Assembly (NCBI RefSeq): GCF_023169545.1
Contig: NZ_AP019769.1
Coordinates: 300,001 to 332,000 of the forward strand
Reading direction: 5' to 3'
Length of the DNA stretch: 32,000 nt
From: Nanobdella aerobiophila
Lineage (GTDB): Archaea > Nanobdellota > Nanobdellia > Nanobdellales > Nanobdellaceae
This document shows positions 1 through 8,567 of this stretch, in pieces. Within the stretch, counting starts at the first letter, position 1. Each line of letters begins with the position of its first letter. The notes below the pieces were generated by a model that saw only the letters and a program-made list of their open reading frames with translations, was not told where the DNA came from and did not search any database. A program made the translations under genes and the position numbers.

Positions 1-925
1 TTGATATTCCAACAATTGCTGGAACATTATATTCTCTCGCATGAATCGCTACATGTGATAATAAACTTCCTAATTCTATTATTATCCCACCAAATTTATT
101 AATTAAATATATATCATCATATGCTAACTCATCTGTTACTAATATTTTATCTTTTCCAATATTATTATAGTCAAATGTTACTCTCCCAATTATCTTTCCA
201 TAAGAAACTCCAATACCATATGTACTTGCTTTACTTATATTTATTTTTCTTGTTAATGGCCTTATTTGTAATAAATAGAAATCTCCTTTATATAATACAA
301 ATTCTGCATCATATGGATGATATATTTTTCTCAATATTTTATCAATTTCTCTTATTTTATTTATTTCATAATCAAATAATATTTTCCAATTTCTATCATT
401 ATAATATATATAACTGTCTGGATAAATTATGTAAAGATCTCTTATTTTTGCTCTACCAGATGTTATACCTGTAGGATCATTTACTGTTACTTCTATTATA
501 ATTTTATCATTGAATCCAAAAATTACTCCAAATTTTCCTTTTGTAAATTGTTCCTGTATTAATATATTCATCTTTACATCTCTTATTCCGAATTTTTCAG
601 CATTTTTTGAAGAATTTAATATTCTTTCTATTGCATTTTTCATATCTTCTCTATTATATATATTTAATATAGATTCGAATACACCTGCTAAAGATAAGTC
701 TTTCAAATCCTCTAAATTTGCAGAACTTCTAAATATTAATGGTCTACGATAATCTTTTAATTTATTTTCTAATTCGTTCAATATATCTTCAATATTATAT
801 TTTTTAATTGAATCATAAGGTAGGACAATGGATTTTGGAACATTTATTCCCATTTTTTTTGCTTTATATAAATTTGCAGCTTTATTTCCTACAGTATTTG
901 AATCCTCAGATAATTCTATTATCAT
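1..925 (-). CDS. PEP-utilising enzyme family protein (pyruvate,water dikinase / PEP synthase-like); 3' end runs off the window
   Basis: Absent from the ORF track because it has no stop inside the window. Reverse translation from the ATG (complement of 923-925) gives MIIELSEDSNTVGNKAANLYKAKKMGINVP...FRSSANLEDL...LLQIRPLT, an ATP-grasp PPDK_N-like region. This is followed by GGIIIELGSLLSHVAIHAREYNVPAIVG, the mobile phospho-His domain motif. Track ORFs 121-474 and 510-752 are low-complexity antisense shadows. Confidence 0.75.
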   Translation of the reverse strand, partial: MIIELSEDSNTVGNKAANLYKAKKMGINVPKSIVLPYDSIKKYNIEDILNELENKLKDYRRPLIFRSSANLEDLKDLSLAGVFESILNIYNREDMKNAIERILNSSKNAEKFGIRDVKMNILIQEQFTKGKFGVIFGFNDKIIIEVTVNDPTGITSGRAKIRDLYIIYPDSYIYYNDRNWKILFDYEINKIREIDKILRKIYHPYDAEFVLYKGDFYLLQIRPLTRKINISKASTYGIGVSYGKIIGRVTFDYNNIGKDKILVTDELAYDDIYLINKFGGIIIELGSLLSHVAIHAREYNVPAIVGIS

Positions 926-991
926 ATCTAAACTATTAATTATTCTATATTTTTAAATATATGATAAATTTCAATGTAAAATTTAGATCAA

Positions 992-1530
992 TTATTTAAA
1001 TCCCTCTAAATATAAATCAATTATTTTCTTAAATTTTAATGCACTTTTATCCCAAGAGAAATTTTTATAATATTCAATTGCATTTTTACTCATTTTAATA
1101 AATAATTCATTATTTGTCAATAATTCAATAATTTTATTTGGCTTAATTCTTTTATATTATTATTTTCAACTAAAAAATTGATAATTATTTTTTATAGAAT
1201 CTCTTAATCCTCTTACATTATAAACCAACAGAAACACAACCATTATGTATTTCCCTCAATAATACTTATTTCCCATCCTTCAACAACAGATGTCATAATA
1301 ACAATTTTTGGTTTATATTTAAATAATTTAAATATTGAAAATAAAGATATTAAAGTTGGTAAATAATCTTATTCCAACTCTTAGTATTTTAATATTTTCC
1401 AAATCTTCAAAATTATTTAAGTTTTTATTCTTTGATGTAAAAAATAATATTTTATTATATTAAAAATATATGTTTCTGCACCATCAGATCTTCTATGTTT
1501 TTTATCTCTCCAATTATATATAAATATCAT
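992..1530 (-). pseudogene. GT4 (group 1) glycosyltransferase remnant with multiple stops and an internal deletion
   Basis: The reverse strand starts MIFIYNWRDKKHRRSDGAETYIFNIIKY, the typical GT4 N-terminus (WRD..hP.aGGAE), then hits a stop. The 3' end reads ELLTNNELFIKMSKNAIEYYKNFSWDKSALKFKKIIDLYLEGFK*, a typical GT4 C-terminus. Only about 540 bp remain of the roughly 1 kb expected. Its ATG overlaps the GT2 stop as ATGA (1527-1530). Confidence 0.6.
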
Positions 1531-2327
1531 TTTACTTTTGAATATATTTTTCCTTCAGCAGGTTTTAATTTATTTAACATAAATCTAAATGGAGAATAAT
1601 AAATTCTTATTTTAGTTAAAGAAAAGAACATTGCAGAAATATTTTTTAATAATTTTTTAATAAATATAGATTCTTCATCATATTTCCAATATACATATAT
1701 TTTATTAATTGAAGATCTATGATAAAATGCATCTACAAACATATTACTATCATATGCAAAGCCTGTTATAATTGAATTATTTACAAAATAATATGCAGTT
1801 CTATAATTAAATCCTTTATACCCACTTTGTATATCATCGATCAATAATGTTTCTGGTAATAAAATCCAATTTAATAAAACGTATATCTTTGATAATATTT
1901 TTCTATACAATGGATAATTTTTAATTAATCTTTTTGTATAAACAAAATCGTATTTATTTAATTTTTCTCTTATTTTTTTAATTCCTAAATAATCTATCGA
2001 AGCATCAGCATCAGATAAAATAAAATATTTGTATTTATTTTTTAATCCCCATTTTATCCCCTCAATTATTGCTCCACCTTTTCCCAATTTATTTTCAAAT
2101 TTTAATAAATGTATATTTTTATATTTTTTTGAATATTCTAGAACAATTTTATCTGTATTATCATTTCCATCAAATACTACCAATATATGAAAACCTGTTT
2201 TTATATATTTATCCAAACACTTTGATATTCTCTTTTCCTCATTATATGCGGGAATAATTATTAAAGTACTAGAATCGTCAAAATCCATTATATTATTTAT
2301 AAGTTTTATTTTATAAATGGTAACCAA
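1527..2327 (-). CDS. GT2 family glycosyltransferase (dolichyl-phosphate hexose synthase-like)
   Basis: 266-aa ORF with IIIPAYNEEKRISKCLD, VVFDGNDNTDKIV and SDADASIDY (DxD). This is the classic GT-A/GT2 motif series. Confidence 0.85.
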   Translation of the reverse strand: MVTIYKIKLINNIMDFDDSSTLIIIPAYNEEKRISKCLDKYIKTGFHILVVFDGNDNTDKIVLEYSKKYKNIHLLKFENKLGKGGAIIEGIKWGLKNKYKYFILSDADASIDYLGIKKIREKLNKYDFVYTKRLIKNYPLYRKILSKIYVLLNWILLPETLLIDDIQSGYKGFNYRTAYYFVNNSIITGFAYDSNMFVDAFYHRSSINKIYVYWKYDEESIFIKKLLKNISAMFFSLTKIRIYYSPFRFMLNKLKPAEGKIYSKVK

Positions 2328-3585
2328 ATATACCTTCTAAACCATAATATAATAAGTCTAGGTAATTCACTAGATTAATATTATCTATTTTAGTACTTTC
2401 TCCTAAATAAATTACATAGTCATTTTTTATATTATATTTATTTAGAAAATATTTCAAATTTTTAATATCATTATCCTTTATATTATTTTTATATTTTATT
2501 TCAATAGGTATTATGTTATTTTCTTTCAGTAAAATACAATCAATTTCTTTATTATTTTTTCTCCAATAATATTGACAATCTAAATAATTTATTATTTTTG
2601 TTTCAAATGATATACTTTCATCAACATTAAATAAGGATAAAGATAAACTAACATCATATGGATAAACTTTCCTTAACTTTCTACTTGATGATAAAGTTGA
2701 TGGTCTAAAATTTTTCAATATTTTAATTAATTTTGAAAATTCTAATATTTTTATATATTTTTCTAATGTTTTCTTACTCATATTTAAATCTCCCGATAAA
2801 TTATCCAAATTTAATATCATACCAGGTTTTGATAAAAATAAATATAATAATTTTTCCAAATTATTTATATCAATATTTCCAAATATGTCTAAAATATCTC
2901 CTTTAATAATTTTTGAAATTATTATTTCTTTTATATATTGTCTGGAATCTTCTATATTAAAATTAACAATTTCTGGAAATGGTTTATATAAATAATTATT
3001 GAATTCTAATTCTAAATTTCTTTTTTCTAAATTATAATTTTCCAATATTTTATTATTTTTTAATTCATAATATTCTTTTATATTTAATACTGGTAATTCA
3101 AAAATAAAATATCTACCTGCTAAATTTTCTATTGCATTCTTTTCTATTAATAAACTTGAAGAACCTGATAAAAATATTTTTATATTTGTAAAATTATCAT
3201 AAATAAATTTAATCTTTGAACTCCAATCTTTTAATTTTTGTATTTCATCAAGAAAAATATATATTTTTTCTTTCCTCCAATCAATATTTGTAATCTTTGT
3301 ATATATATCTAATAATTCATATAGTTCAATATCCTTATATTCATCAAATGAAAGATATAAAATTCTTTTTGGATCAATATTTTTATTCAATAAATAATCT
3401 ATTATTTGAAATATTGATGTTGTCTTTCCAACTCTCCTTAATCCAGTTATAATTATTATTTGTCTATAATCTATGTATTTTATTATATTATTAAATATCT
3501 ATCTTTTATATTCCTTCTTTTTATCAGGTCTTACATACTTATATAACCACCATTCATTTATATCTATTAATTTTTTATCTATCAT
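2311..3585 (-). pseudogene. COG1373-type AAA ATPase with DUF4143 and a C-terminal nuclease-like motif, interrupted by an in-frame TAG
   Basis: Track ORF 2311-3390 lacks the P-loop. The same frame continues upstream: MIDKKLIDINEWWLYKYVRPDKKKEYKR*IFNNIIKYIDYRQIIIITGLRRVGKTTSIFQIIDYLL. The Walker A motif GLRRVGKTT therefore lies upstream of the track start. The TAG is at 3499-3501 (codon 29). The total 1275 nt is in frame. The C-terminus has EIDCILL...IEIKYK. Confidence 0.8.
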
Positions 3586-3599
3586 ATTAGTATATTATA

Positions 3600-3628
3600 G
3601 GAAACGAATATATTAACTATTCGTTTCC
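3600..3628. promoter_or_regulatory. Perfect 11-bp-arm palindrome (GGAAACGAATA-N7-TATTCGTTTCC) bracketing a TATA-like spacer upstream of the ATPase pseudogene
   Basis: Read directly from the sequence. It lies at -15 to -43 relative to the ATG at 3585 (minus strand). The spacer TATTAAC/GTTAATA sits at about -26 to -32. A third half-site GGAAAC occurs at 3633-3638. Confidence 0.5.
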
Positions 3629-3685
3629 TTGAGGAAACTAATATATTTCTATAAAATTTATAAAATGAAAAAATTATAGTTTTCC

Positions 3686-3934
3686 ATGTAAGAAATAATA
3701 ACATTAGATTCCGAAGATAGATTATATATACCAAAAAATATAAGGGAAAAGTTAAAAACAAAAAAATTCATACTAAAGGTTGAAGATAATAAGATAATAT
3801 TAATCCCTTATAATAATGATGAAATGGAAAAATTATATGGAATATTAAAAGATATTGAAATAAAAAGTGAAGATATAGATAAAAAAATAGAAGAAAAAAC
3901 AAAAGAAATATTAAAGAATGATGGTTTATATTGA
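3686..3934 (+). pseudogene. vapB: AbrB/SpoVT-type VapB antitoxin with TAA at codon 2
   Basis: ATG TAA GAA ATA ATA ACA TTA GAT... reads M*EIITLDSEDRLYIPKNIREKLKTKKFILKVEDNKIILIPY...KEILKNDGLY*. This is a looped-hinge AbrB-like motif (RLYIPKNIRE). There is no alternative ATG, GTG or TTG after the stop. The 3' end overlaps the vapC start. Confidence 0.65.
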
Positions 3935-4269
3935 TGTAAATATATTGTTTTATTTTTTTTACTGTAGATGAAAAATTTGGAAATAGTACAAAAGAATTAA
4001 TAAAATAATATACTGATAATTTATATACTTTCGTATTAACAGTTTGGCTATTATATCTTTTAACAAAAGATAAAAATATTTTTGATTATTTAAAAAAATT
4101 AAAAATAAATATATTACCATTAAATGAAGAGATATCGAAAATTGCAAAAGATATAAAAGAATTAGATTTTGAAGATGCAATACATTATGCTACGATGAAA
4201 TATTATAATATAGATAAAATAATATCAAATGATAAAGATTTTGATAAATTATGTAAAAGAATATTTTAA
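3921..4269 (+). pseudogene. vapC: PIN-domain VapC toxin with a frameshift in a T8 run and an in-frame TAA
   Basis: MVYIDVNILFYFF then shifts frame at the T8 run (3953-3960). It continues TVDEKFGNSTKELIK*YTDNLY...EDAIHYATMKYYNIDKIISNDKDFDKLCKRIF*. The TAA is at 4006-4008. The 349-nt length equals 3n+1. The acidic PIN residues are present (D5, EDA, SNDKD). Confidence 0.7.
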
Positions 4270-4321
4270 TTTCCTTAATTTTAATATTTTATTATCTTAA
4301 TACATAAATAAAATTTTTTAT

Positions 4322-4986
4322 TTAGTTTTTAATAATTTCTAAGATTTTCTCTTTATTAGCTTTAGTAATAATTATATCAAATTTTTCTCTAAATCTTTCT
4401 CTAATAGAATATAATGCATCATCCTCTGTTATAAAAATTACTCTATCTCCATAAATTTCCTTATATTTTAAAGCTATAAGTAAATGCATAGCATCTTCTA
4501 GATGTATTCCATAATATAAAAAATCATTTAATCGCTTAAAATCAAGATTTTCTATTGAAATATCCTCTAATATTTCGATATTCAAAGGTTCTATTATATT
4601 TTTTCTAATAATATTATATATTTCAAATATGTTCTTATTTAATATATCTTTTATTTCATCTTCATTTGATCCTAATTTTCCGTAATATGATCCAATATAT
4701 TTAAATTTTTTCCTAATTGTATTAAATGATACTTTCTTATTTATTATTAAAATTTCTGCTATGTTATCCATTAATATTTTGTTTACAACTTCATAATAAG
4801 TTATCTTAGATATTATATATCTTACTTTTATATTTTTATTTTTTTGTATATTTTTTCTTATTTCTTTAAAAAATCGTATTTTTCCTTTATTTCTATTATC
4901 ACTATTTATAATATCCTCATAAATATTTAATATTTCATTAGTATCTAAATAAAAAGTTATTATATTATGTATTCTTTATTTTCCAT
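4322..4986 (-). pseudogene. Long PIN-domain protein; the N-terminal catalytic segment is out of frame with the only available start
   Basis: Track ORF 4322-4771 extends stop-free upstream as ...ITFYLDTNEILNIYED...ISKITYYEVVNKIL, which holds the first PIN Asp and Glu. That extension contains no ATG, GTG or TTG. An ATG at 4984-4986 (MENKEYII*) is in a different frame and overlaps the upstream small gene's stop. Total length is 3n+2. The downstream motifs LEDAMHLLIA and FITEDDAL are present. Confidence 0.55.
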
Positions 4987-5127
4987 TTCTTTTGTTTCCT
5001 TTACGTTTTTTTGGATTTAAGGAAATTACATATGGATATTCTTTTAAAAAACATCTATTAATTTTCTAGCATATTCACCGAATTCCGTAGGATCTATTAA
5101 TACTTTCTCCTTTTTTCCTTTTTTCAT
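4976..5127 (-). pseudogene. Small basic antitoxin-like gene upstream of the PIN gene, frameshifted in a homopolymer
   Basis: MKKGKKEKVLIDPTEFGEYARKLIDVF* is followed in the next frame by LKEYPYVISLNPKKRKGNKRNGK*. The shift falls at the T6 run (plus-strand A6, 5046-5051). Its stop overlaps the PIN ATG. The family is not identified. Confidence 0.35.
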
Positions 5128-5469
5128 ATATAATATGTTAAAGTCATTTTTTATAAATTTTGCAAATTTTATAAATTCTGCATATTACCTATAGCCATTC
5201 TTTACCAACTTTATTATATCATTTATATCTGATACTTCAATATTTTCTGGATAATATTCTAAGTTATTTTTATCAGATGAAATTAATATTTTTCTACAAT
5301 TAAATTTATTAAATTTATTTTCTATTTTTTTATCTTAGATTTATCAATATAATCTTTCTATTTTTCTTCTCCCTATATTAATATCCACAAAAAGATTTTT
5401 ACTTTATCTTGAGTGTTACTTAAAAATTTCTCTATAATAAGGAAATTTTATAGAAATTTTAGTACATTC

Positions 5470-5499
5470 ATGACAAAGATTTAATAAAAAGTTTGTCAT
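5470..5499. promoter_or_regulatory. Palindrome ATGACAAA-N14-TTTGTCAT bracketing the TATA-like box of the 5511 ATPase gene
   Basis: Perfect 8-bp arms. The spacer GATTTAATAAAAAG lies at -33 to -20 relative to the ATG at 5511. Confidence 0.45.
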
Positions 5500-5510
5500 A
5501 TATATACATA

Positions 5511-6824
5511 ATGAATGAGAATAAGATATTGGAATTATTATCATCATGGAACTTTTGGGGATCTGGTATAAATATAGGTATAGAAAGGAATATATCAAAT
5601 AAAATAGTAGAATATATTGAAGGTATAAATAAGATTATTGTACTATATGGAATAAGAAGATCTGGAAAATCATATATATTAAGGCAAATAGCAAAAAAAT
5701 TAAGTGATAAGTATGGAAAAAATAATATATTATATGTAAACTTTGAAGAATCTGGATTTGTTGAAAAATTAAATTTAGAATTTTTAAATAAAATTTATTA
5801 TATTTATAAGGATTATGTAAAACCTAATATAAAACCAGTAATAATTTTGGATGAAGTACAAGAAATAGAAGGATGGGAGAGATTTGTAAGATCTTTGAAT
5901 GAAAAAAATGAAGCAATAATTATATTATCTGGAAGTAGCGCAAAATTGTTATCTAAGGAAATATCTACAATATTATCTGGAAGGACTATTAATTTTGAAA
6001 TATTTTCATTAAGCTTTCAAGAATTTTTAGTATTTAAAAACTTTAATAACTTATTAAATCTAAATAAGTTGAAAGAATTATTAAGAGAATATATAAATTT
6101 TGGAGGATTCCCCGAAGTTGTATTGGAAAATAATAAAGAAAAGAGGAGTGAAATTCTAATCAATTATTATAATACTATTGTTATAAAGGATGTTGCTTTA
6201 AGATATAAATTAAAAAATATTGAAAACTTAAATTTTCTTTCAAAATTTATTATTTCCAATGTTGGTAATTATATAACTTATAATTCTTTGGAGAAAAAAT
6301 ATGGTATACCAGTAAAAACTGCTCAAAGGTATTTAGAATATTTAAATGATGTTAGACTTTATTTATATTTAAATAATTTTTCATTTAAATTAAAAGAAAT
6401 AAATAAATCTCCTAAAAAAATATATACAATTGATACAGGTTTTTATACATCATTAGGATATAAAGTATTACCAGATAATATTGGAAAACTAATGGAGAAT
6501 ATTGTTGCAATTGAATTATTTAGAAGAAAAAGTTATTATAATAAAAATCTAGAGATATATTATTTCAAAGATTATCAACAACATGAAATAGACTTTTTAA
6601 TTAAAGAAGGAAATAATATAAAACAATTAATACAAGTATCATATATTAATAATTATGATGAAATAGATAAAAGAGAAATAAGATCATTATTAAAAGGATA
6701 TAATTTATTTAAGGAATACAATCCTGAATTATTAATAATTACTTGGGATTATGAAGATACAAAAGTTATAGATAATGTAAATATTAAGTTTGTACCTTTA
6801 TATAAATGGTTATTGAGTGTATAA
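5511..6824 (+). CDS. COG1373-type AAA ATPase with DUF4143 and a C-terminal PD-(D/E)xK-like motif
   Basis: Walker A GIRRSGKSYIL, Walker B VIILDEVQ, and a C-terminal HEIDFLIKEG...QVSY. I take the ATG at 5511 (MNENKILELL) as the start rather than the track's TTG at 5493. Confidence 0.85.
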   Translation: MNENKILELLSSWNFWGSGINIGIERNISNKIVEYIEGINKIIVLYGIRRSGKSYILRQIAKKLSDKYGKNNILYVNFEESGFVEKLNLEFLNKIYYIYKDYVKPNIKPVIILDEVQEIEGWERFVRSLNEKNEAIIILSGSSAKLLSKEISTILSGRTINFEIFSLSFQEFLVFKNFNNLLNLNKLKELLREYINFGGFPEVVLENNKEKRSEILINYYNTIVIKDVALRYKLKNIENLNFLSKFIISNVGNYITYNSLEKKYGIPVKTAQRYLEYLNDVRLYLYLNNFSFKLKEINKSPKKIYTIDTGFYTSLGYKVLPDNIGKLMENIVAIELFRRKSYYNKNLEIYYFKDYQQHEIDFLIKEGNNIKQLIQVSYINNYDEIDKREIRSLLKGYNLFKEYNPELLIITWDYEDTKVIDNVNIKFVPLYKWLLSV

Positions 6825-6983
6825 GTATATACGTTATCGATTAAATCAAATATTGAATAAATGTTGATAATAATTCAATGATGTCTTTATATTTAACTCT
6901 TTTATATTTCTATTTTTCAAACAATTTAGTAGTATTATTCCATAACTGATTTAAATGGAATTTTTTAAAATAGAGCCTACCCA

Positions 6984-7047
6984 TTTATAAATCTTGAGAA
7001 CTTCAAGTTCTCATAATTTATAAATACTTGAGAAAAATATTTTCTCA
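6984..7047 (+). promoter_or_regulatory. Duplicated module of TATA box plus TGAGAA palindrome upstream of the 7047 ATPase gene
   Basis: TTTATAAATCTTGAGAA (6984-7000) and TTTATAAATACTTGAGAA (7017-7034) are direct repeats. Each runs into a palindrome. The first is TGAGAACTT-C-AAGTTCTCA (6995-7013). The second is TGAGAAAA-ATA-TTTTCTCA (7029-7047), which ends on the A of the ATG. Confidence 0.5.
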
Positions 7048-8222
7048 TGGATATTAAAATTTTAAGGGATATTAACCCATGGTGGGATAATGATAATTGG
7101 AAAGATCATGATTATCATTTAAATATACTAAAAAGATCAAGATATATTTATATACCAAAATGGATAGATAATATTTCTTTAGAACCATTTAGTTTAAATT
7201 TTGTTATAGGACCAAGGCAAATTGGTAAAACAACAGGTTTAAAATTATTAATAAAAAAATTAATAGAAAATAATAAAATAAATAATGAAAAAATAGTATA
7301 TATTGATTGTGAAATATTTCCAAATTTTAAGTATTTAGAAAAATATTTGTTATATTTTTTAGAAAAGGATAAAGAAAGAATATTTATTTTAGATGAAGTT
7401 TCTTCTTTAAATTATTGGTGGAAACCAATTAAATTGTTAATTGATTCTGGAAAATTAAATGATAGTATTGTAATTACTACTGGCTCAAGTTCATTAAAAG
7501 TAAAAAAAGATATAGAATTATTTCCAGGAAGAATTGGTAAAGGAAAGATCATAGAAGTATTACCATTAAATTTTAAGGAATATATAAAATTACATGGAAT
7601 AAAAGATTATAAAAAAGATTATGACAAAATAAATGAATTATTTAATAAATATTTAGATACTGGAGGATTCTTAAGTATATTAAATAATTTGCCTTCTATA
7701 GAAATATTAAAGGGATTTATAAATGAATTTATAAGATTTAATAAAAGCGAGGAAATAATAAGAGAAATATTTTCATCCTTAATACCAAAATTACCTTCTT
7801 CTTTAAGCTATAGAACCATTGCAAAAGATACATCAGGTTATTCATATAAAATAGTGCAAAATTATATAGAATTCTTAAAAGATCTATATATAATAGATAT
7901 TGCACCTTTAGTAGAAGGAAAGAAGATATTATATAGAAAAGAAAGAAAAATATTTTTTAGGGATCCTTTATTATTAAGATTATTCTCTGAATGGAGTAAT
8001 GTAAAATATTTAGAAAGTGCATTATATGAAAATATTGTACAAGAGCATTTATATAGAAAGTATGGGGAGATTTATTATTATAAAAATTCTTATGAAGTAG
8101 ATTGTATATCTAATAATTTAAAAGTTGAAGTAAAGGAAGGTAAAAGTCATAGAAATTATCCAAAAGATGTTATCATTTTGGATAAAGAAAATATACCAGT
8201 ATTTTTAATAAATTTATTTTAA
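7047..8222 (+). CDS. COG1373-type AAA ATPase with DUF4143
   Basis: Walker A GPRQIGKTTGL, Walker B IFILDEVS, and a C-terminal SYEVDCIS...KVEVKEGK. Confidence 0.85.
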   Translation: MDIKILRDINPWWDNDNWKDHDYHLNILKRSRYIYIPKWIDNISLEPFSLNFVIGPRQIGKTTGLKLLIKKLIENNKINNEKIVYIDCEIFPNFKYLEKYLLYFLEKDKERIFILDEVSSLNYWWKPIKLLIDSGKLNDSIVITTGSSSLKVKKDIELFPGRIGKGKIIEVLPLNFKEYIKLHGIKDYKKDYDKINELFNKYLDTGGFLSILNNLPSIEILKGFINEFIRFNKSEEIIREIFSSLIPKLPSSLSYRTIAKDTSGYSYKIVQNYIEFLKDLYIIDIAPLVEGKKILYRKERKIFFRDPLLLRLFSEWSNVKYLESALYENIVQEHLYRKYGEIYYYKNSYEVDCISNNLKVEVKEGKSHRNYPKDVIILDKENIPVFLINLF

Positions 8223-8284
8223 TTCTTAATAGTAATCTATAGCTATAAAGTATTATATCAATTTTCAATTTATTTTTTAATTAA

Positions 8285-8495
8285 AAAATTGTAGTTATTA
8301 TCGAAGGTACAAGTATATTTAATTTTCATGTAAAATTATATCCTTTAATTGCTTGCGATAGTAAAAAATTATTAATTGATAATCCAAAAATATATATTGA
8401 TAAATATTAAGGATATTTAACAACAATAATGGGTTTTGAGAAAGATATTAAAGAATTATAAGAAATTTCTGAAAAATAAAAAATAATAATAAATA
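8285..8495 (+). pseudogene. Degenerate copy of the 3' third of the HIT gene at 28980-29441
   Basis: Aligns by eye to 29221-29441, including two perfect runs of about 30 nt (attttcatgtaaaattatatcctttaattg and aaaaattattaattgataatccaaaaatat). It translates as VVIIEGTSIFNFHVKLYPLIACDSKKLLIDNPKIYIDKY*GYLTTIMGFEKDIKEL*. The TAA at 8408-8410 replaces a GAA codon. There is no 5' part and no start. Confidence 0.75.
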
Positions 8496-8567
8496 AATTT
8501 TATAAATAAAAAGAAAAATTAAAGATATATAATAAAATTTTAATTTTTGATTAATATTATATACGGT

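Noticed and set aside
121-752. Track ORFs 121-474 (+) and 510-752 (+)
   Set aside because: They have low-complexity L/F/Y/I-rich translations. The opposite strand encodes a continuous, motif-rich PEP-utilising enzyme, so these are antisense shadows typical of AT-rich DNA.
2069-2257. Track ORF 2069-2257 (+)
   Set aside because: It lies antisense within the well-supported GT2 gene and has a low-complexity translation.
3959-4180. Track ORF 3959-4180 (-)
   Set aside because: It lies antisense to the vapC pseudogene, whose plus-strand translation carries the PIN motifs. The minus-strand peptide is L/I/F/Y low complexity.
5128-5400. Possible additional decayed gene upstream of the antitoxin-like ORF (minus-strand peptides such as ISSDKNNLEYYPENIEVSDINDIIKLVKNGYR*)
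   Set aside because: It looks like coding debris but is broken by several stops, and I could not recognise a family. It is not reported as a feature.
5416-5598. Track ORF 5416-5598 (-)
   Set aside because: It spans the promoter and 5' end of the 5511 ATPase gene on the opposite strand and has no coding-like composition.
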